DNA of 63,839 nucleotides, the filler included, from Folioceros fuciformis (lineage: Eukaryota): NCBI GenBank assembly GCA_049999805.1. It is 7 parts of 7 records of this genome, joined end to end, with 100 filler letters (N's around TTAATTAATTAA, not from the genome) between each part and the next. Parts side by side here need not be neighbours in the genome. Positions count along the whole stretch, not along the records: positions 26,811 to 41,033 come from JBNGIO010001657.1; positions 41,134 to 45,378 come from JBNGIO010001658.1; positions 45,479 to 57,460 come from JBNGIO010001659.1; 4 more parts are not named here. One strand, written 5' to 3'. The notes below the pieces were generated by a model. The model was not told where the DNA came from. It did not search any database and worked only from the letters and a program-made list of their open reading frames with translations. Of this stretch, positions 38,201 to 50,869 are shown one piece after another (position 1 is the first letter of the stretch; every line of letters begins with the position of its first letter). Made by a program: the position numbers and the translations under genes.

Positions 38201-40254
38201 TCCAACCGGAACAACAGTCTGGCATTGATCCAGAAAGGCCAAACGATCCATTCTCATCCCCCAAAATATACCTGATGCCTGCAACTCTGCCACCATCTTG
38301 GGAGCAGCACGCCCAACTGGAAAAAACTCGTCAAACTCTTCAAATTGCTGCTTCGCCCTGCTAAGTGTCTTGGATTTCGTGCCTTTCCCATTCCTGCTCT
38401 GGCCATTGCCATTGGCCATAACCCCGTCCCCGTTGGCCACATGGCCATTCCCGCCAGCGGGAATCCAGCCGTTCTCACACAAGCGTTCAGGTCCTAGAAA
38501 CGGCCTAAAGAAATCAAAGAAGTAGCCGACCACAACGCTGGCGCGATACGCAGCCTTGTGGGTGCCCTTTGCGGGAAGAACCGAAGCCTTGAGCAACGAA
38601 ATCGCCTCCAACAGCACCTGCGCGGAAATTTCCTTTCCGGCGAGGAACTCCTGCACATCCCTGGCTAGAACGGCGTGCTTGCTTCCGAACGCCCCGAACG
38701 CCAGACGCACATCGCGCACCGCGTGCTTCCCCTCGCGCTCCTGGATGCGAGCCAGAAGAGCCGCGTTCACGTAAGAGACAGCGTTTCCCAGAGGCCGAGG
38801 CGATGCTCTGTAGGTTTTGAACACCACCCGCTTGGAGGCATTGCTGTCTGCATCCCCGTCGGACACGTGCCCTGGACCCCCGTTACTGTGCTCTTCCAAA
38901 TTCCACGTAGGGATGAGCACGGACACCAACACGCTCCCCTTTTCCAGAGCCCCCCTCTCCAAGAATTCCTCGACACTCACAACATCCTCGCCACCGGAGC
39001 TGGCAATCCTCAAACTGGCACCGGCTCCGAGCAAAATGGTGGCCAAATCGGAGTCGAATCCCCGCTGCTGGGCCATGATCAAATTGCCCCCCACGCTAGC
39101 CCGGTTCCGTACATGCACGCTGGCCAGCTTGTGCAAATGTACGGCCAGCTGGGGATAGACCTCGGAGTGCGCGCTCTCCTCCAAGAAGCGGATGAATTTG
39201 GAGATGGAGACAGCAGCTCCGACCTCCACCTGGCCCTTCGCCACCTTCAGCGTCAGCAGCTCCGGCACACCACTGATGTCCACGAAAACCTGCGGCCTGG
39301 CGTCCTTGTAGATCCCCTGGCTGGTATTTCCCACCACAAGCCTCACCTCCCGATCACAACCCTCAACCTCCTTCAACCTGCCGAACAGCTCTCGCAACTT
39401 CTTCACACGTATCCAGGCCCTCTCCTTCTCCTCCTCAACCACGCCCGTGTCCAAGAAGCGAGCTCCGTCCCACTCCCTCTCCGCATCCGCCACCTCCACC
39501 AGAAACTGAGGGAACTTGGGGTCCTTCCCCGCATCGTACGCCGGCAGGGCAGCGCCTCGTAGGACTTCGCCTGGCCGGCAAAAGGTGTTCACACCCAAAT
39601 CTTCCAAGTCCACATCCTTGGCAAAACTCTTGCAAGCGTCTAGAATCGGGCGGTAGCCGGTGCACCTGCAAATGTTCCCCTGCACCGCCAGCTCCGCTTC
39701 GGCGACCTGAGGCCCCTCGGGACCGGCCTGGCGCAGGCACCCGAACATGGACATGGTCATCCCCGGAGTGCAGAACCCGCACTGGGAGGCGTGGAAGCCC
39801 GCCAGCCGCTGGTGGACGGCGTGCAGCCCGCCCCGGGAGCTGCCGAGGCCTTCGGTGGTGGTGATGGAGCACAGGTCCAGAGAACAGACGGGCGCCAGGC
39901 AGGAATTGATGGTGGACTCCTCCACCCGCTTGCTGGCCGCATCGTAGCGCGCCAGCAGCACCACGCAAGCTCCGCATCCACCTGCACCCACAGACACGAT
40001 CCACCGAGCCCACAACTGCAGCACCAACCTTGCATCGACCAAGCTTCTGAAGCACAGCATTCCTGTCCATACACAAGAGAATCAGCCCCAAGGTCCGGCG
40101 CCCTCAAGTGTCCGCACTCACCTTCCCCGCATCCCAGTTTGGTGCCTCTGAACGGCGTGAACGTGCGAATGTAGGACAGCAGGGTCATGGAGGGATCGGG
40201 GTGAGCCACTTCCACCCGCTCGCCATTGAGCGCGAAGAGCAGGGGCCTTCCCAT
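35205..40254 (-). CDS. Aldehyde oxidase (molybdo-flavoenzyme, plant AAO family)
   Basis: 2Fe-2S motifs [44 protein letters not shown] domain [11 protein letters not shown]; Moco domain [46 protein letters not shown] introns. Confidence 0.95.
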
Positions 40255-41033
40255 CGTCTCCTGGCAATAACGGCTCGGCTCGCCTTCCCTTGGCCTCACA
40301 GCAGACACGCTTATGTCTACTCCTCACTGGTGGAAGCTCGATTTATACTATCTAGATACATGGTCTCCTAAACATGTACCACGTCGCGGGTCCTGGTCAC
40401 CTGGATCGCACTACAGTACATGTCATGTCATCTACAGTGGCATCGTCTCAAACCGGCCGGGCCATTGGGATCCAGATTCCGGCACTCATCACCACGCTAT
40501 AACAATGATAAAACCGAACACATTAACTGCGTTGCGTGATACCATGAGCTTTTTTCACCTCCACTGACGTCACTCCACATCGCGTCACAGGATTTCTTGG
40601 CGTCACTCCTCGAAATAGCACGACATCTTTCGATCCACACTTGATGCGGTTGCACCTTCCTACTGTATTTGGAAACGGCGAATGAATCCTCGAAGTCAAG
40701 CCACCCAGAGGTCCCACACTTTGCACTAGCAGCGCTGCATGTCACCACCCGCGCTGCCCACAATGAAGCTGCCTTCCACCCGTCTGGAAACAGGCAGCCC
40801 AGGGCCCCGTGTCCTCCTTTCTTAGTGAAGACCGTCCAGGTCCAACTTCCCACCTAGATTTACTTGACAGACTGCTGTCAAAAAGTGCTACCGGTCATGA
40901 GTCATATTTGAATCATCAAGGGCCATGGCGCTAGCGTTGTACGTGCTGTACGACACACCTGGGAGTCCAACAAGCACAGCCCAGTACACACGTGTGGGCA
41001 TCCACACCTCTTGTGCGTTCTTTGGCTACTCCC

Positions 41034-41133
41034 NNNNNNNNNNNNNNNNNNNNNNNNNNNNNNNNNNNNNNNNNNNNTTAATTAATTAANNNNNNNNNNN
41101 NNNNNNNNNNNNNNNNNNNNNNNNNNNNNNNNN
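41034..41133. other. Artificial contig spacer
   Basis: 100 bp N/TTAATTAATTAA/N. Confidence 0.98.
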
Positions 41134-42330
41134 CTCCTTCATATCCCAACTCCTTACTCTTGGTCGTATTCATGTATCTTGGTTACATTGAAGGGGTTCG
41201 GCCTCTTCCGCGCAGTAGGGGCAACCCAATGATGGAAGATTGAGCGGTCTTCCTCTAGTGAACAAAGACTACAGGCCATGCGTGGGAGCCGTAGAACGAC
41301 TACGGCAGTCAAGGATCGAACCAAGTAAGCCTTGCTACGTCGACTAGCTGAGAGCGGACCCCCAAGGTAAACCCCCGGACTGGAGTGTTCTTCTGTAACC
41401 CTGCTGTCCACGCTCCAATGCCTACTCTGCCTCCCCCCCCTCATCCCCCTATCACACCACCTTTCCGCTCTACCGGGAACGCCTGCTGGTGTAACACAAG
41501 ATTCGTCCGAATGGTCTCGTTGGACCATCCGTTACAATCGACCTTCCTACTCCAGCTAGTTTACCGTCTCACCCACTTGATAGATGTCATAGGTCCTGAA
41601 CGGGGGACACGACACTCCCCAAGGCTTGCTTGCATTGGTTTTTTGCACATTCTAGCCTATCCAGCTCTGGTGGGGCTAATAAGTCTGGTTGATAACCGAG
41701 GTGCTCTTTTTTCCCTATTGTATACCAACTGGATTTAGGGGCAACCAGGGGTTCATAAGACACTTCCTCCATGTGAAGGACCTGGCTCTGAACATATGAA
41801 AGTCAACCATCCACATTGCTGCCTTTTGTATTCATATCCATTGGGGACGCATAGTTCCTTGTCTAATACCTCCTTCCACCTTAGCTCCCACATCCCAAGG
41901 AGCGAGATAACTATCGGGGAGGAGAGCGATCCCATAAATCCAAGGTGAGCCAAGAAAACCATTCTAGTGGCCAAGGTAGCTTTCGCTTTCCCTAGCTTAA
42001 CATCTTTGATAAGGCCCTTAGCTTGTCTCTCATGGACCCATTGATTTACCATTGCGTTTGGGACCCTACATTCCCCGCCCACCTCCATAAGGGTATTGAT
42101 ATACAGAATAGCCGTTGCGTCATCAAAACTGTGACCCACAATATTATGTCTAGCAAGGTTAAGGAAAGCAACAGCCAACTATTCATCCATGTCCAACCTG
42201 GATTCCTAGACATCTTGTAGTTTCCTTTTGGCAGCTTCCTATAGACAAGGTAAAATACTTTTGAACTTTGGCAATCATACATTGTGAAAAAGAGGTGGAC
42301 TCTAAGGAAAATTACAATGCACATTGTACC
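41134..42330 (-). mobile_element. Highly degraded retroelement-like remnant
   Basis: The 41753-42324 ORFs loosely resemble the accessory-ORF family (GW...MAVAFL). Possible integrase H2C2 relic near 41570-41710. Weak. Confidence 0.35.
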
Positions 42331-42479
42331 TGGTGCTCCTAAGTTGATAAGACAACTACTCTAGAGGTTGAAAAAGCTGAAGGGTGGGCCAAACTCATTT
42401 AGAATCTCATTGTGGTCAGAAAAGTTAGCGGTCTTGATTTTTTAATCATTAAGTATTATTTTTAATTAAAATAATCAAG

Positions 42480-42757
42480 CAATTAAGTTGAGCCTAAGAG
42501 TGAGACCAAAGTGATATGAGATAAGCCTATATTAGACCATGACCCCATGATCACTGATAATAGGTGGGTATAGGGTTCATAGTTGTTTGTTTTTTTACAT
42601 ATTATCAATGTTACTTTCAATTAAGTTGGGGCATAAGAGTGGGACCACAGTAAAATGAGACAAGGCCTATATTGGACCATGACCCTAAAATCATTGTAGT
42701 AGGTGGCTATAAGGTTCATAATTGTTTGTTTCCTTGCATACTATCAGTGTTACTTTA
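42480..42757. repeat. Diverged tandem duplication of a ~138-bp unit
   Basis: AATTAAGTTG...GCCTATATT(A/G)GACCATGACCC...GGTTCATA.TTGTTTGTTT...TGTTACTTT occurs twice. Confidence 0.85.
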
Positions 42758-43438
42758 ACCTTCATGTGTTCATGTGTCATGCTCTAGTGATCACTAATCA
42801 CAATATATAAGTGTGTTGTCATTTTGATAGTCCATTTTGCTAGAACTCCTTGCTTCAATACATTGTGAAGTTTAGTGGGTCAAATACGTATTTCATTTTA
42901 TCAAATGCAAGTTTGAAATTGGATTGAGTAAAATATGAAACACTTTATATATTTGTTATAATGAAATGCCTTAATTAATCATAGATTATATCCAACTTTA
43001 AACACAATAAAGTTTCCAAATAATTATTGACGTGGTTGCATATGTAGATTGAAATAAACAAATGACATGTAAAATCCTATATAATATAATATAAGAATAT
43101 GAAACCTTTAAAATTATATATTATAATAGTATATTAAATAAGTTATTGTTTGAATGGTTAGGCTACCTTTGGTGGGGTTTGTGTGTACATCTATACGTCA
43201 CCCATGGGTAGGGCTACCGGAGAGGGAAAGAAGAATCTAGGAGGGTCGAACAACCCACATACATACATATGTATGAAACTGGGCCAAAACATTCTATGAC
43301 GAGTTAGTCTGCTCGGCAGGCTGGGAGAGGCGCGAACGTCGGACGGAGGTTCTGCTTTTAGGGCTGCTGGAAGTTGAACCCACTTAGAACAAAACTGCGA
43401 CGAGCATCGGTCAAGCAGCGTAGAGGAGCAAGGTCAAG

Positions 43439-44267
43439 ATGATGCGGCCGGGAGACTGGAACTGTCCATCCTGTCAGCATCTCAACTTCAGCCGGCGTGA
43501 CAGCTGCCAGCGCTGCTCGGATGCAAGGCCGGGAGGAGGCGATGGAGGCGCTCCTCGCCGCGGTGGTGGCTCCTCCTCTTATGGCTTCTCTTCCAGCTAC
43601 AATGAGGCCGGCAAGTCAGGCGGCGGCGGCGGTGGCTCCAGAGGGGGCTTCTCCGACGGGTCTCTGAGGCCCGGGGACTGGTACTGCTCGGCATCTGCCT
43701 GCGGTGCACATAACTTTGCCAGCCGCAGCAGCTGCTACAAGTGCGGTGAGTACAAGGACGAAGGCGCTGGCGGTGCAGCCGGTCTGTCTCCCGCTGCGTC
43801 TGGAGGTCGTGGCCCTCGGGGGAACTTCGGCTTTGGTGCGGGAGGATCACGGCAAGGCTGGAAGTCTGGTGACTGGATTTGCGGCAGGTGTGTCTTGGTT
43901 TTTCTTTGGTGCCTCTTGGTGACGTGCCTTGCCTTGAGCGTCCTTTGTTCTGCAAGGGAGGGGTAGCCTACTTGATCTCTGACTTGTTGTCGGAGTGCCA
44001 GATCTTGACGCTTTTCGTCTGAGGTTTATGGCTTTTGGTGTTGCTGGGAAGGTTTGAGGCGTGGCTGACGGGTTGTTGTAGCAGATCGGGATGCACGGAG
44101 CACAATTTTGCCAGCCGGATGGAGTGCTATCGGTGCAACGCTCCTCGTCAACCTGGTAAGCGGTCGGCGCGTTCTTCGTTGTCTGCTGAGCACTTTGTTT
44201 GAAACATGATGTAAGCTGATTCGTTGTGTGATGGTATGTGACAGATTACGAAGTGGCTGCGATGTGA
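43439..44267 (+). CDS. Gly-rich protein with three RanBP2-type zinc fingers (RNA-binding)
   Basis: RPGDWNCPSCQHLNFSRRDSCQRC, RPGDWYCSASACGAHNFASRSSCYKC, KSGDWICGR|SGCTEHNFASRMECYRC. Exons about 43439-43887, 44084-44155 and 44245-44267. Confidence 0.9.
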
Positions 44268-45117
44268 GTCTGATTCGTATGCGTCGTGCGTGCGCTGGAG
44301 TGAACGGTTCCTTGCGTGGGGTGGAACTCGCGTGACGGGCAGAGTGAGATGGTAGATTGATTGTTTTACGGGAGTTCGTGTAGTGGCAAGTATGATGTTC
44401 TAGCAATTTTGCGGTTTGGATGTTGTTTGTCTATGGGGTAATGTGTGATGAGGCTCCAGTTGGAGTTGAAGTGTAGGCTTGAATACTGAACACAGATCGA
44501 TAAGACCTCCATCGAGAGACAAATTTGTGGAACCCGCTCCTTTTTTTTCAAATTGTCTTCATGAACCGGCTCTGAGGCCGTGAAGAGATGTTTACGCCTT
44601 CCCTTTTTCCTTTTGGACGGATGGGAAGTAGGACGAGGACTTGCTTTCTGGTTGCCGATTTCCATTTCAGGAGGAGGGCATAGATGGTCCTGGTCGTTCT
44701 GCAGAAGACAACTTGTTTGCAGATTGAGCCCAGTAACTGACCACGCTTCTAACTTACGAGGCATCGGCTCTACGCTGTGTCCATGCGATTTGCTGGCTGA
44801 CGAGCCCTGTCGTCAGAGTTGGATAGGGTAGTAGGACGCCATATGTTGGCGTGGACACCGTCGTTAAACATATGCGCAATATATCGTACTCGGTTCGTCT
44901 TTCCCGGTATGTGCAGCTGACTATAGACGGAACCAGGGCCGGTAACATTACAGAGTCTTCAATCGTCCATACCAAGTCTTTCGTAGTCTAGAGGACTTCC
45001 CATCCTGTTCCTTTCTCCCTCCTGATTTAGGCTGTTTCCAGTTTGTATCTCTTCCAGTTTTCAGTTTGTTTGTTTCCAGTTCCAAACTATGATCTTAAGC
45101 ACTTCTCGTTTGCATCC

Positions 45118-45236
45118 TCGTGAAGGGCAAAATGTAAATCTAGTTGGTCTCCTTGCACATGTTGCATTGCCAACTCGTGAAGGGCAAAATGTAAGTCTAG
45201 TTGGCCTCTTTGCACATGTTGCATTGCCAACTTGTG
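45118..45236. repeat. 57-bp tandem duplication
   Basis: TCGTGAAGGGCAAAATGTAARTCTAGTTGGYCTCYTTGCACATGTTGCATTGCCAAC twice. Confidence 0.9.
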
Positions 45237-45378
45237 AACAAATCATAGAGTTAGCCCAATCCTTCGCAAGACCTTGTTTCCTTCCCCTCATATGACGGTG
45301 TTAGCCGCACCCCCTCGTATCACGGTGTAAGCCCCATCCTTCGCAAGACCCTCCTCCCTTCCCCTCGTCCCCCCAGGG

Positions 45379-45478
45379 NNNNNNNNNNNNNNNNNNNNNN
45401 NNNNNNNNNNNNNNNNNNNNNNTTAATTAATTAANNNNNNNNNNNNNNNNNNNNNNNNNNNNNNNNNNNNNNNNNNNN
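45379..45478. other. Artificial contig spacer
   Basis: 100 bp N/TTAATTAATTAA/N. Confidence 0.98.
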
Positions 45479-46074
45479 ACACTTGTGCGCGCCAACTTAG
45501 TCATAGTGCACACTTGTGCACACCAATCGAGTCATGGTATACAGAAATATATAGCAAGTGGGTCATGGTCCACACTTGTGGGAATGGGCCCGCTTAGAGC
45601 AAGATATTGTGCGCGGTGGTTTTCTCTTAGCACAAACTTTTGTGCAACAACCGGTTCTTAGTAAGGACTTGAAAATGCCACTTGGCTTCCAACCCGCACT
45701 TCTAGATACCAATAAATTGATTTAATGGCTCCTAAACATGAGGAGAGTAAAACGATAGTGAAACCCTAGGATTCGAATCCTTAGCCCCTTGATCAGCCGT
45801 TTTTGGAGGCATTTAGCCTTGTGAGTGCTATTGTGGCTTGGTTGAGAAGGTCCGCTTGGGTATGGGCCATTGTTGAGGTCAACCCCTGATTTGGGCTGTT
45901 CTAGTGCCCATCCTCTTCCACAACCACTCCCTTACTCATGCTGCATCTTCTACTCTCACCCCACCTAGACAGTTGAAAGGGTTAGCCCCAAAAATACTCT
46001 CCCACTCCTTAGAAGCCTCCACCTATAGTAATAACCCTTATTCACATGCTATTAACTCCTTAACCCCTTGCGTT

Positions 46075-46900
46075 TCATTCTTCAGCACCGCAACTTGCGT
46101 TCTCTCTTTTTCTTGTCCTACTCGCGGCTTCGCAGCTGCCTTTAATCTGGTGACACGGGATGGGGTCCTTACCTCCTATTCGCCTGCCATTGTCTTCCCT
46201 TTCTTTGTCGTGCTCCGCCCGATTGCCTAGCTCTCCCGCGACCTCCCCCTCGGAATCTTCTGGTGGTTTAGGCTCCCAAGTACTGGAGTCCTCCTCTGAA
46301 ACTTCTTTAGGTTCCTCCTCCTCGACCATAACTTCTCTGGCCAACTTCCAACTATGAAGGGAAGACACAATCTGCAACTCCGTTAAGCACTTAGTGTGCG
46401 CAAAAATGTGAATGAAGAAGGGCGAGATGAGGGAGCTCTTCCACCATTCATTGTCTATAGTTGTTATGTAAGGCCTCAACCCCACAAGCCCTGCCTTCAT
46501 ATGTGCTAAACCCTGGGTGGGCGACAAGCCATTGTCCAACCCCTTTTTATCTCGCGCACGCAATGCCAGTAGTGGAGTTGCTCCAATTTCAGCCATTAGT
46601 ACATGTCTCAAAAACTCCAAACCTTCTTTCGGCTCCCAATGGCAAGTTGTTGAATATTGCTTGCTGCGGATGATGGTTGCAAGCCCTTTGTCTGTTACGT
46701 TCTCTCGTGTTATCTTGAACTGGTGCTAGAATGACAAATTGTTCAACTTCCTTACCGCTTGTGGGAGAAAATATTGCTCCCCAGGGTGCTGCGAGGTCCA
46801 CACAAACCTTCTTTGTCGTTATAGCACTGGGATTCGATCCCAAGGGAATGATTTGTGTCAAATAACACAGGTTTTTTCCACCCAAGATCAGTCTCACTCA
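46075..46900 (-). pseudogene. Retroelement accessory ORF, paralog 2 (fragmentary)
   Basis: SSLISPFFIHIFAHTKCLTELQIVSSLHSWKLAREV...EEDSSTWE matches PSMISPFLIHIYCYTNLVSEQEVLASLHLWRPVRDV...EADSNSWE of the 48324 copy. Confidence 0.7.
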
Positions 46901-47799
46901 TCTACCGCTCACCTACCTCCTATTCAACTCCCTCGACCCCATCACGACTCGACTACCACCATCGTCTCCTAAACTACCTAAACCCTGGACTACCTGATGG
47001 ACCTTCTCGGCATCCAGGATGGGTGTCACTCCAACTACGGCTCTCAGCTACTTCGTCACTCCTACGGCTACCGCTACGCTCGGCTACTCCCGTTGTCCCT
47101 CCACAACGGTCACCCAACCGACTACCCCAGTGGGGTCCACCCTCTCTCTCTCTTCACTCCCTCTCTCTATCTTACTCCACGACTTACTTTTCTGGCTTAC
47201 GCCTCCAGACAGTCGTGATATGTCGCGGTCCTCTCTCTCATTTGCGACCACTCTTCCCTCATGGTTCACACCCTTCCATCCTCTCACCGCTACTGACTAC
47301 CCCGACTCAGAGCTCATCGGCTCTCAGTTTACACACCCATACGTACCCGCACTCTGCCCGCGTTCGCCACTAGCTCTTCCCGTTTTCCTCAGGAGCCCTT
47401 ACGCTTCGCTGCGCACGATGGCGCACCCACACACACACACACACACACAGCTCCAAAAAAACCTGACAGCACAGTCTTGGCACATTCACACGTCCCGATT
47501 ACAACCTCAGGCCAGACTCCCCACATCCACTCATGCTTCCCTGCGCTTCAGTCACACGCACATATAGACTTCTCTTTGCCTCACGGCATTCCATCACAGT
47601 ACAGAGTCACACCGGGTTCTCTTCACCCTCACACTCCATTCACTCGCTCATCGGCCACGATCACATCCCCACAGCGCAACACACTCTCCTCTCCGATTTA
47701 CGACTCCTCGACTCATCTCTCAGCTCACTCCTTGCACACAGCCGCACCAGTCTTTCAGCCGTACAGCCACTTCCTTCCTCCATATGTGCCTTATCCTCA

Positions 47800-49300
47800 C
47801 TCAGGACCCGCTGCTTCTCTTCCAGGAGCCGCCGTGCCGTCTCGGACTCCGCCAGCTGTCTCTAGGCTTCGGCCTCCTTTCCTCTTGCCTCTGCCTCCTT
47901 ACTCCGGGCCTCAGCCTCCCTCTCAGCCTGCATGCTCAGCTAGGTCAGCGCCTTGGCCGCCTAGTCCAGCAGGTCCGGTTGTGCCTGCACGATAACTGAG
48001 GTTAGTCCCGGCAGATCCACCTCCTGCGACTCCACAGGGGCCATTCCCCTCTTGGTTATTTGCCTCCCTAGCTGCGCTCGTAACTTCTCTAGCTCCCCTG
48101 CCTGCAGCCTATCCACCTGAGGAATTTTTCTAAAAACATCTTCCCATTCAGGGAATACTTCCTTCTTCGGAACGTGCCCTAATTCCCTCATACCCTTAGG
48201 AGGGGCCACTTCCATTTCTGGCACCTGCTCCTGAGGTGCTTCTAGCTCCTCCTTGTTTGGTTCCTACTCTACTGGCTCTTGAGCAGCTCCCTGCTCCTCC
48301 TCAGCCTGCTCCGGGACTGCCTCCTATGGTGCTGACCCGCTTCCTCTCGTGGCAATCTGGCCACTAGCCCGTCTCCTCTTGGCGGGAGTCCTCTTCCCTG
48401 CCCCTGCCTTCCTCTTTTGCCTGGTGGGGGTCTCCTCCTCCGAGCTGTCCACACTGCCCGACTCCCAGCTGTTAGAGTCAGCCTCCACTGGCTCGGTGGG
48501 CTTCCACTTCACATCCCTTACTGGTCTCCACAAATGTAGTGAGGCTAGCACTTCCTGTTCAGACACCAGGTTAGTATAGCAATAGATATGGATAAGAAAG
48601 GGAGAAATCATCGAAGGCGGAGGAGAGGACAGAGTCAAATTCTGCCTCTCCTCGTCCATCCTGGCATACAGGATTTTCCCCCAATCCACCTTGCTTCCCT
48701 TGACAACCTCGTGCACAAACAGGAGCATCTGATCAGACAGATAATCGTGCTTGCGAACCTGCAGGAAGCTCAAGAACCATCTGGCCAAACCCACCAGCTA
48801 GGGGTTGGCCATATTGCGGATCAGCCACCCATTGGCTTCCTTCTTGGTGCCTGGTTTGAGAAGCACCTCGGCGTCCGCTGTGGCACCACGCTTCTTCAGG
48901 GAATCCAGCACTAGTCCCCCTCCTCCTACTGATTGCAACCATACACCCACCCCACCAGTTCCAGGTTCCATTCTTGGGGCCTGCCGCGGATTCCCTCTTC
49001 TTGGACAGGCTCTCTCAACTTCAGGGCGCACTCCCTGACCAGCTGCGGCGCTGCATGGTTCCACCTTTGGGTCATGAACCCGAGGCCTAGTTCTCCGACC
49101 AGCCCTCCGGCTCTGACCCTCCAGTGCTCCATGTTGGGCCACAGGAGCACGTTGATCTTCGGTACAGGAGGTTCTCCCTCTTGCTCAGGCACCATTACTC
49201 TTGGCAGCAAATGTGGACGAGACCTCATCCTGCCTAATCTCCTCCCGTGCTCCGAACGTGGCTGCCTTCCTGCACCTGTGGTCGCCTGGCATCCTCCTTC
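47800..49300 (-). pseudogene. Retroelement accessory ORF, paralog 1, antisense to the PPT/LTR
   Basis: WPNMEHWRV...GLGFMTQRWNHAAPQLVRECALKL...VGWVYG...NGWLIR...DYLSDQMLLFVHEVVKGSKVDWGKIL, then a basic NLS-like stretch (RQKRKAGAGKRTPAKRRR) and a charged tail. In-frame stops. Confidence 0.75.
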
Positions 49301-49581
49301 CGCGCCGCTCCCTTAGCGCTCGCTCCGCTCCTAACCGTTGTCGCGCTCCGCAGCTACTCTCGGTCCCGCTCCAACTCGCGGATGCTCTTACCTCGATTAC
49401 TGCCCAGGTTCCCCCTGACTTCCTCTAGGGTTTTATACTGCCGTTCTCGTTCCACTACCGCCAGTTGCCCTTCCATGATAGTCGCCCAACTGGCTACCGT
49501 CACCCAGTCACAACATCCCGTTTTTCGCCTAAGTCCACAACTACCTAAGCCCCTACCCCACTTCCTACTTCCTTATTTTTC

Positions 49582-49917
49582 AGGGGGGAGGGGGGTTGCA
49601 TATATAGACACCTGAGTACCCCCGAACCACCAAGGGCCAAGGAAACTCTCGCTCACACTTCCCCTTGGTCCTGTCACTCAATCCTATCAGTACACCAAGG
49701 GCCAAGGAGACTTTGGGTATAAATACCCAAGCCTTATTTCCATATTAAGCTGATTCACTCGCATCTTCACAAAAAAAATCACAACCTGCTCATTCTGCTC
49801 TTGAAAATGGGAGTCCCGAAAGTTTTTCTCCTCTACACCGCTGTAGCATATGTTTATCTCCCTTTGCCTCTACGGACTAGCCAAACGAGAAATCAAGTAC
49901 TTCTATTAGCACTATCA
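49582..49917 (+). mobile_element. Polypurine tract plus ~320-bp 3' LTR
   Basis: AGGGGGGAGGGGGG (49582-49595), TG at 49597, GAACCACCAAGGGCC motif shared in reverse with the LTRs at 23552, 60746 and 62139, TATAAATA at about 49718, ends ...TATCA at 49917. Confidence 0.7.
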
Positions 49918-50475
49918 CCTAGGGTGAGGAGTGTACGCCGTGACTAATATCTCCGCCAAGGCAACCAATGTATACGCCTCTCTATACCATAAGCTCTTTG
50001 AAAAACAAGAAAACATTTGGTCAATCTGGTCATGAGTGTGGCCTACCTGAAGGAAGCCTACCTTCACCTTCTCAAATGTTCCCATTTCCACTAACATATT
50101 CAAATACGCAAATAACAGCCGGTTCTTATTCTCTCTACATGTATTGTCTAGTTGCAGGTATAAAATCTTTGGAACCACACCTTCGTAAGTATGTAAGACA
50201 TTTTGAATAACACTAATTGTCAAATTTGCATCATTCTAAAGATTGCCATAGTGTATGTATGCCCGGGCCTTGTAAATGGCATTGTGCACCATGCACTCCA
50301 CCACATGCACGGCGACCTGGCTTTCTTTGCTAAGATTTTTGGGCCACCTTAGAAAATGTGGTATCTCAGTTTTCTTTTGGTCCATGCCATCAATTGCCAG
50401 CATTATAAATCTATGTGGATGAACATAGCTTTTTTATGTATGCTTCGACGTCTTCTCCCTTTCGGTCGTTAGCCT
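49918..50475 (-). mobile_element. DDE-type transposase remnant (DUF7869/Sola-like)
   Basis: Reading through two stops gives LAIDGMDQKKTEIPHF...HVVECMVH...DANLTISVI...PKILYLQLDNTCRENKN...FLQVGHTHDQIDQMFS. Truncated at the LTR end. Confidence 0.8.
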
Positions 50476-50869
50476 TTCACAATAAGAATCCAATGCCTGT
50501 TGATATTTTTCCGCAGTAACGAAACAATATCAGACATCTCCCCAAGCATCAAATCCCCAATAGCACTGGATGACAAACGGAAAAGAGTCAACGGCCACCA
50601 TCATGCCAATGTCAGAACAAGGTGCCTCCCATCAGCATCTGCCGGTAAGGAGTTCCAAGTGGGGTGTAACCATTGGGGGAGAAGGGCAAGGGTACTAGCT
50701 GGCTGGCCGGCGCCCTCGGTACCACTTATCCCCACTGAGAAGGGTTCATGGAGGGCGCCGGCTGACCGGTGCCCTCTAGGGCAAAGCGTCAGTGATAGTG
50801 GTCCTCGTGGGGGACATGTTACTCAAGTCTAACACAGGTTTTCTGGTGAATCTGTTTCCAACAATTAAA

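Noticed and set aside
38675-39562. 295-aa plus-strand ORF
   Set aside because: Antisense shadow of the GC-rich aldehyde oxidase exon.
45768-45790. tRNA T-loop/B-box-like GGATTCGAATCC
   Set aside because: No cloverleaf or acceptor stem could be built around it.
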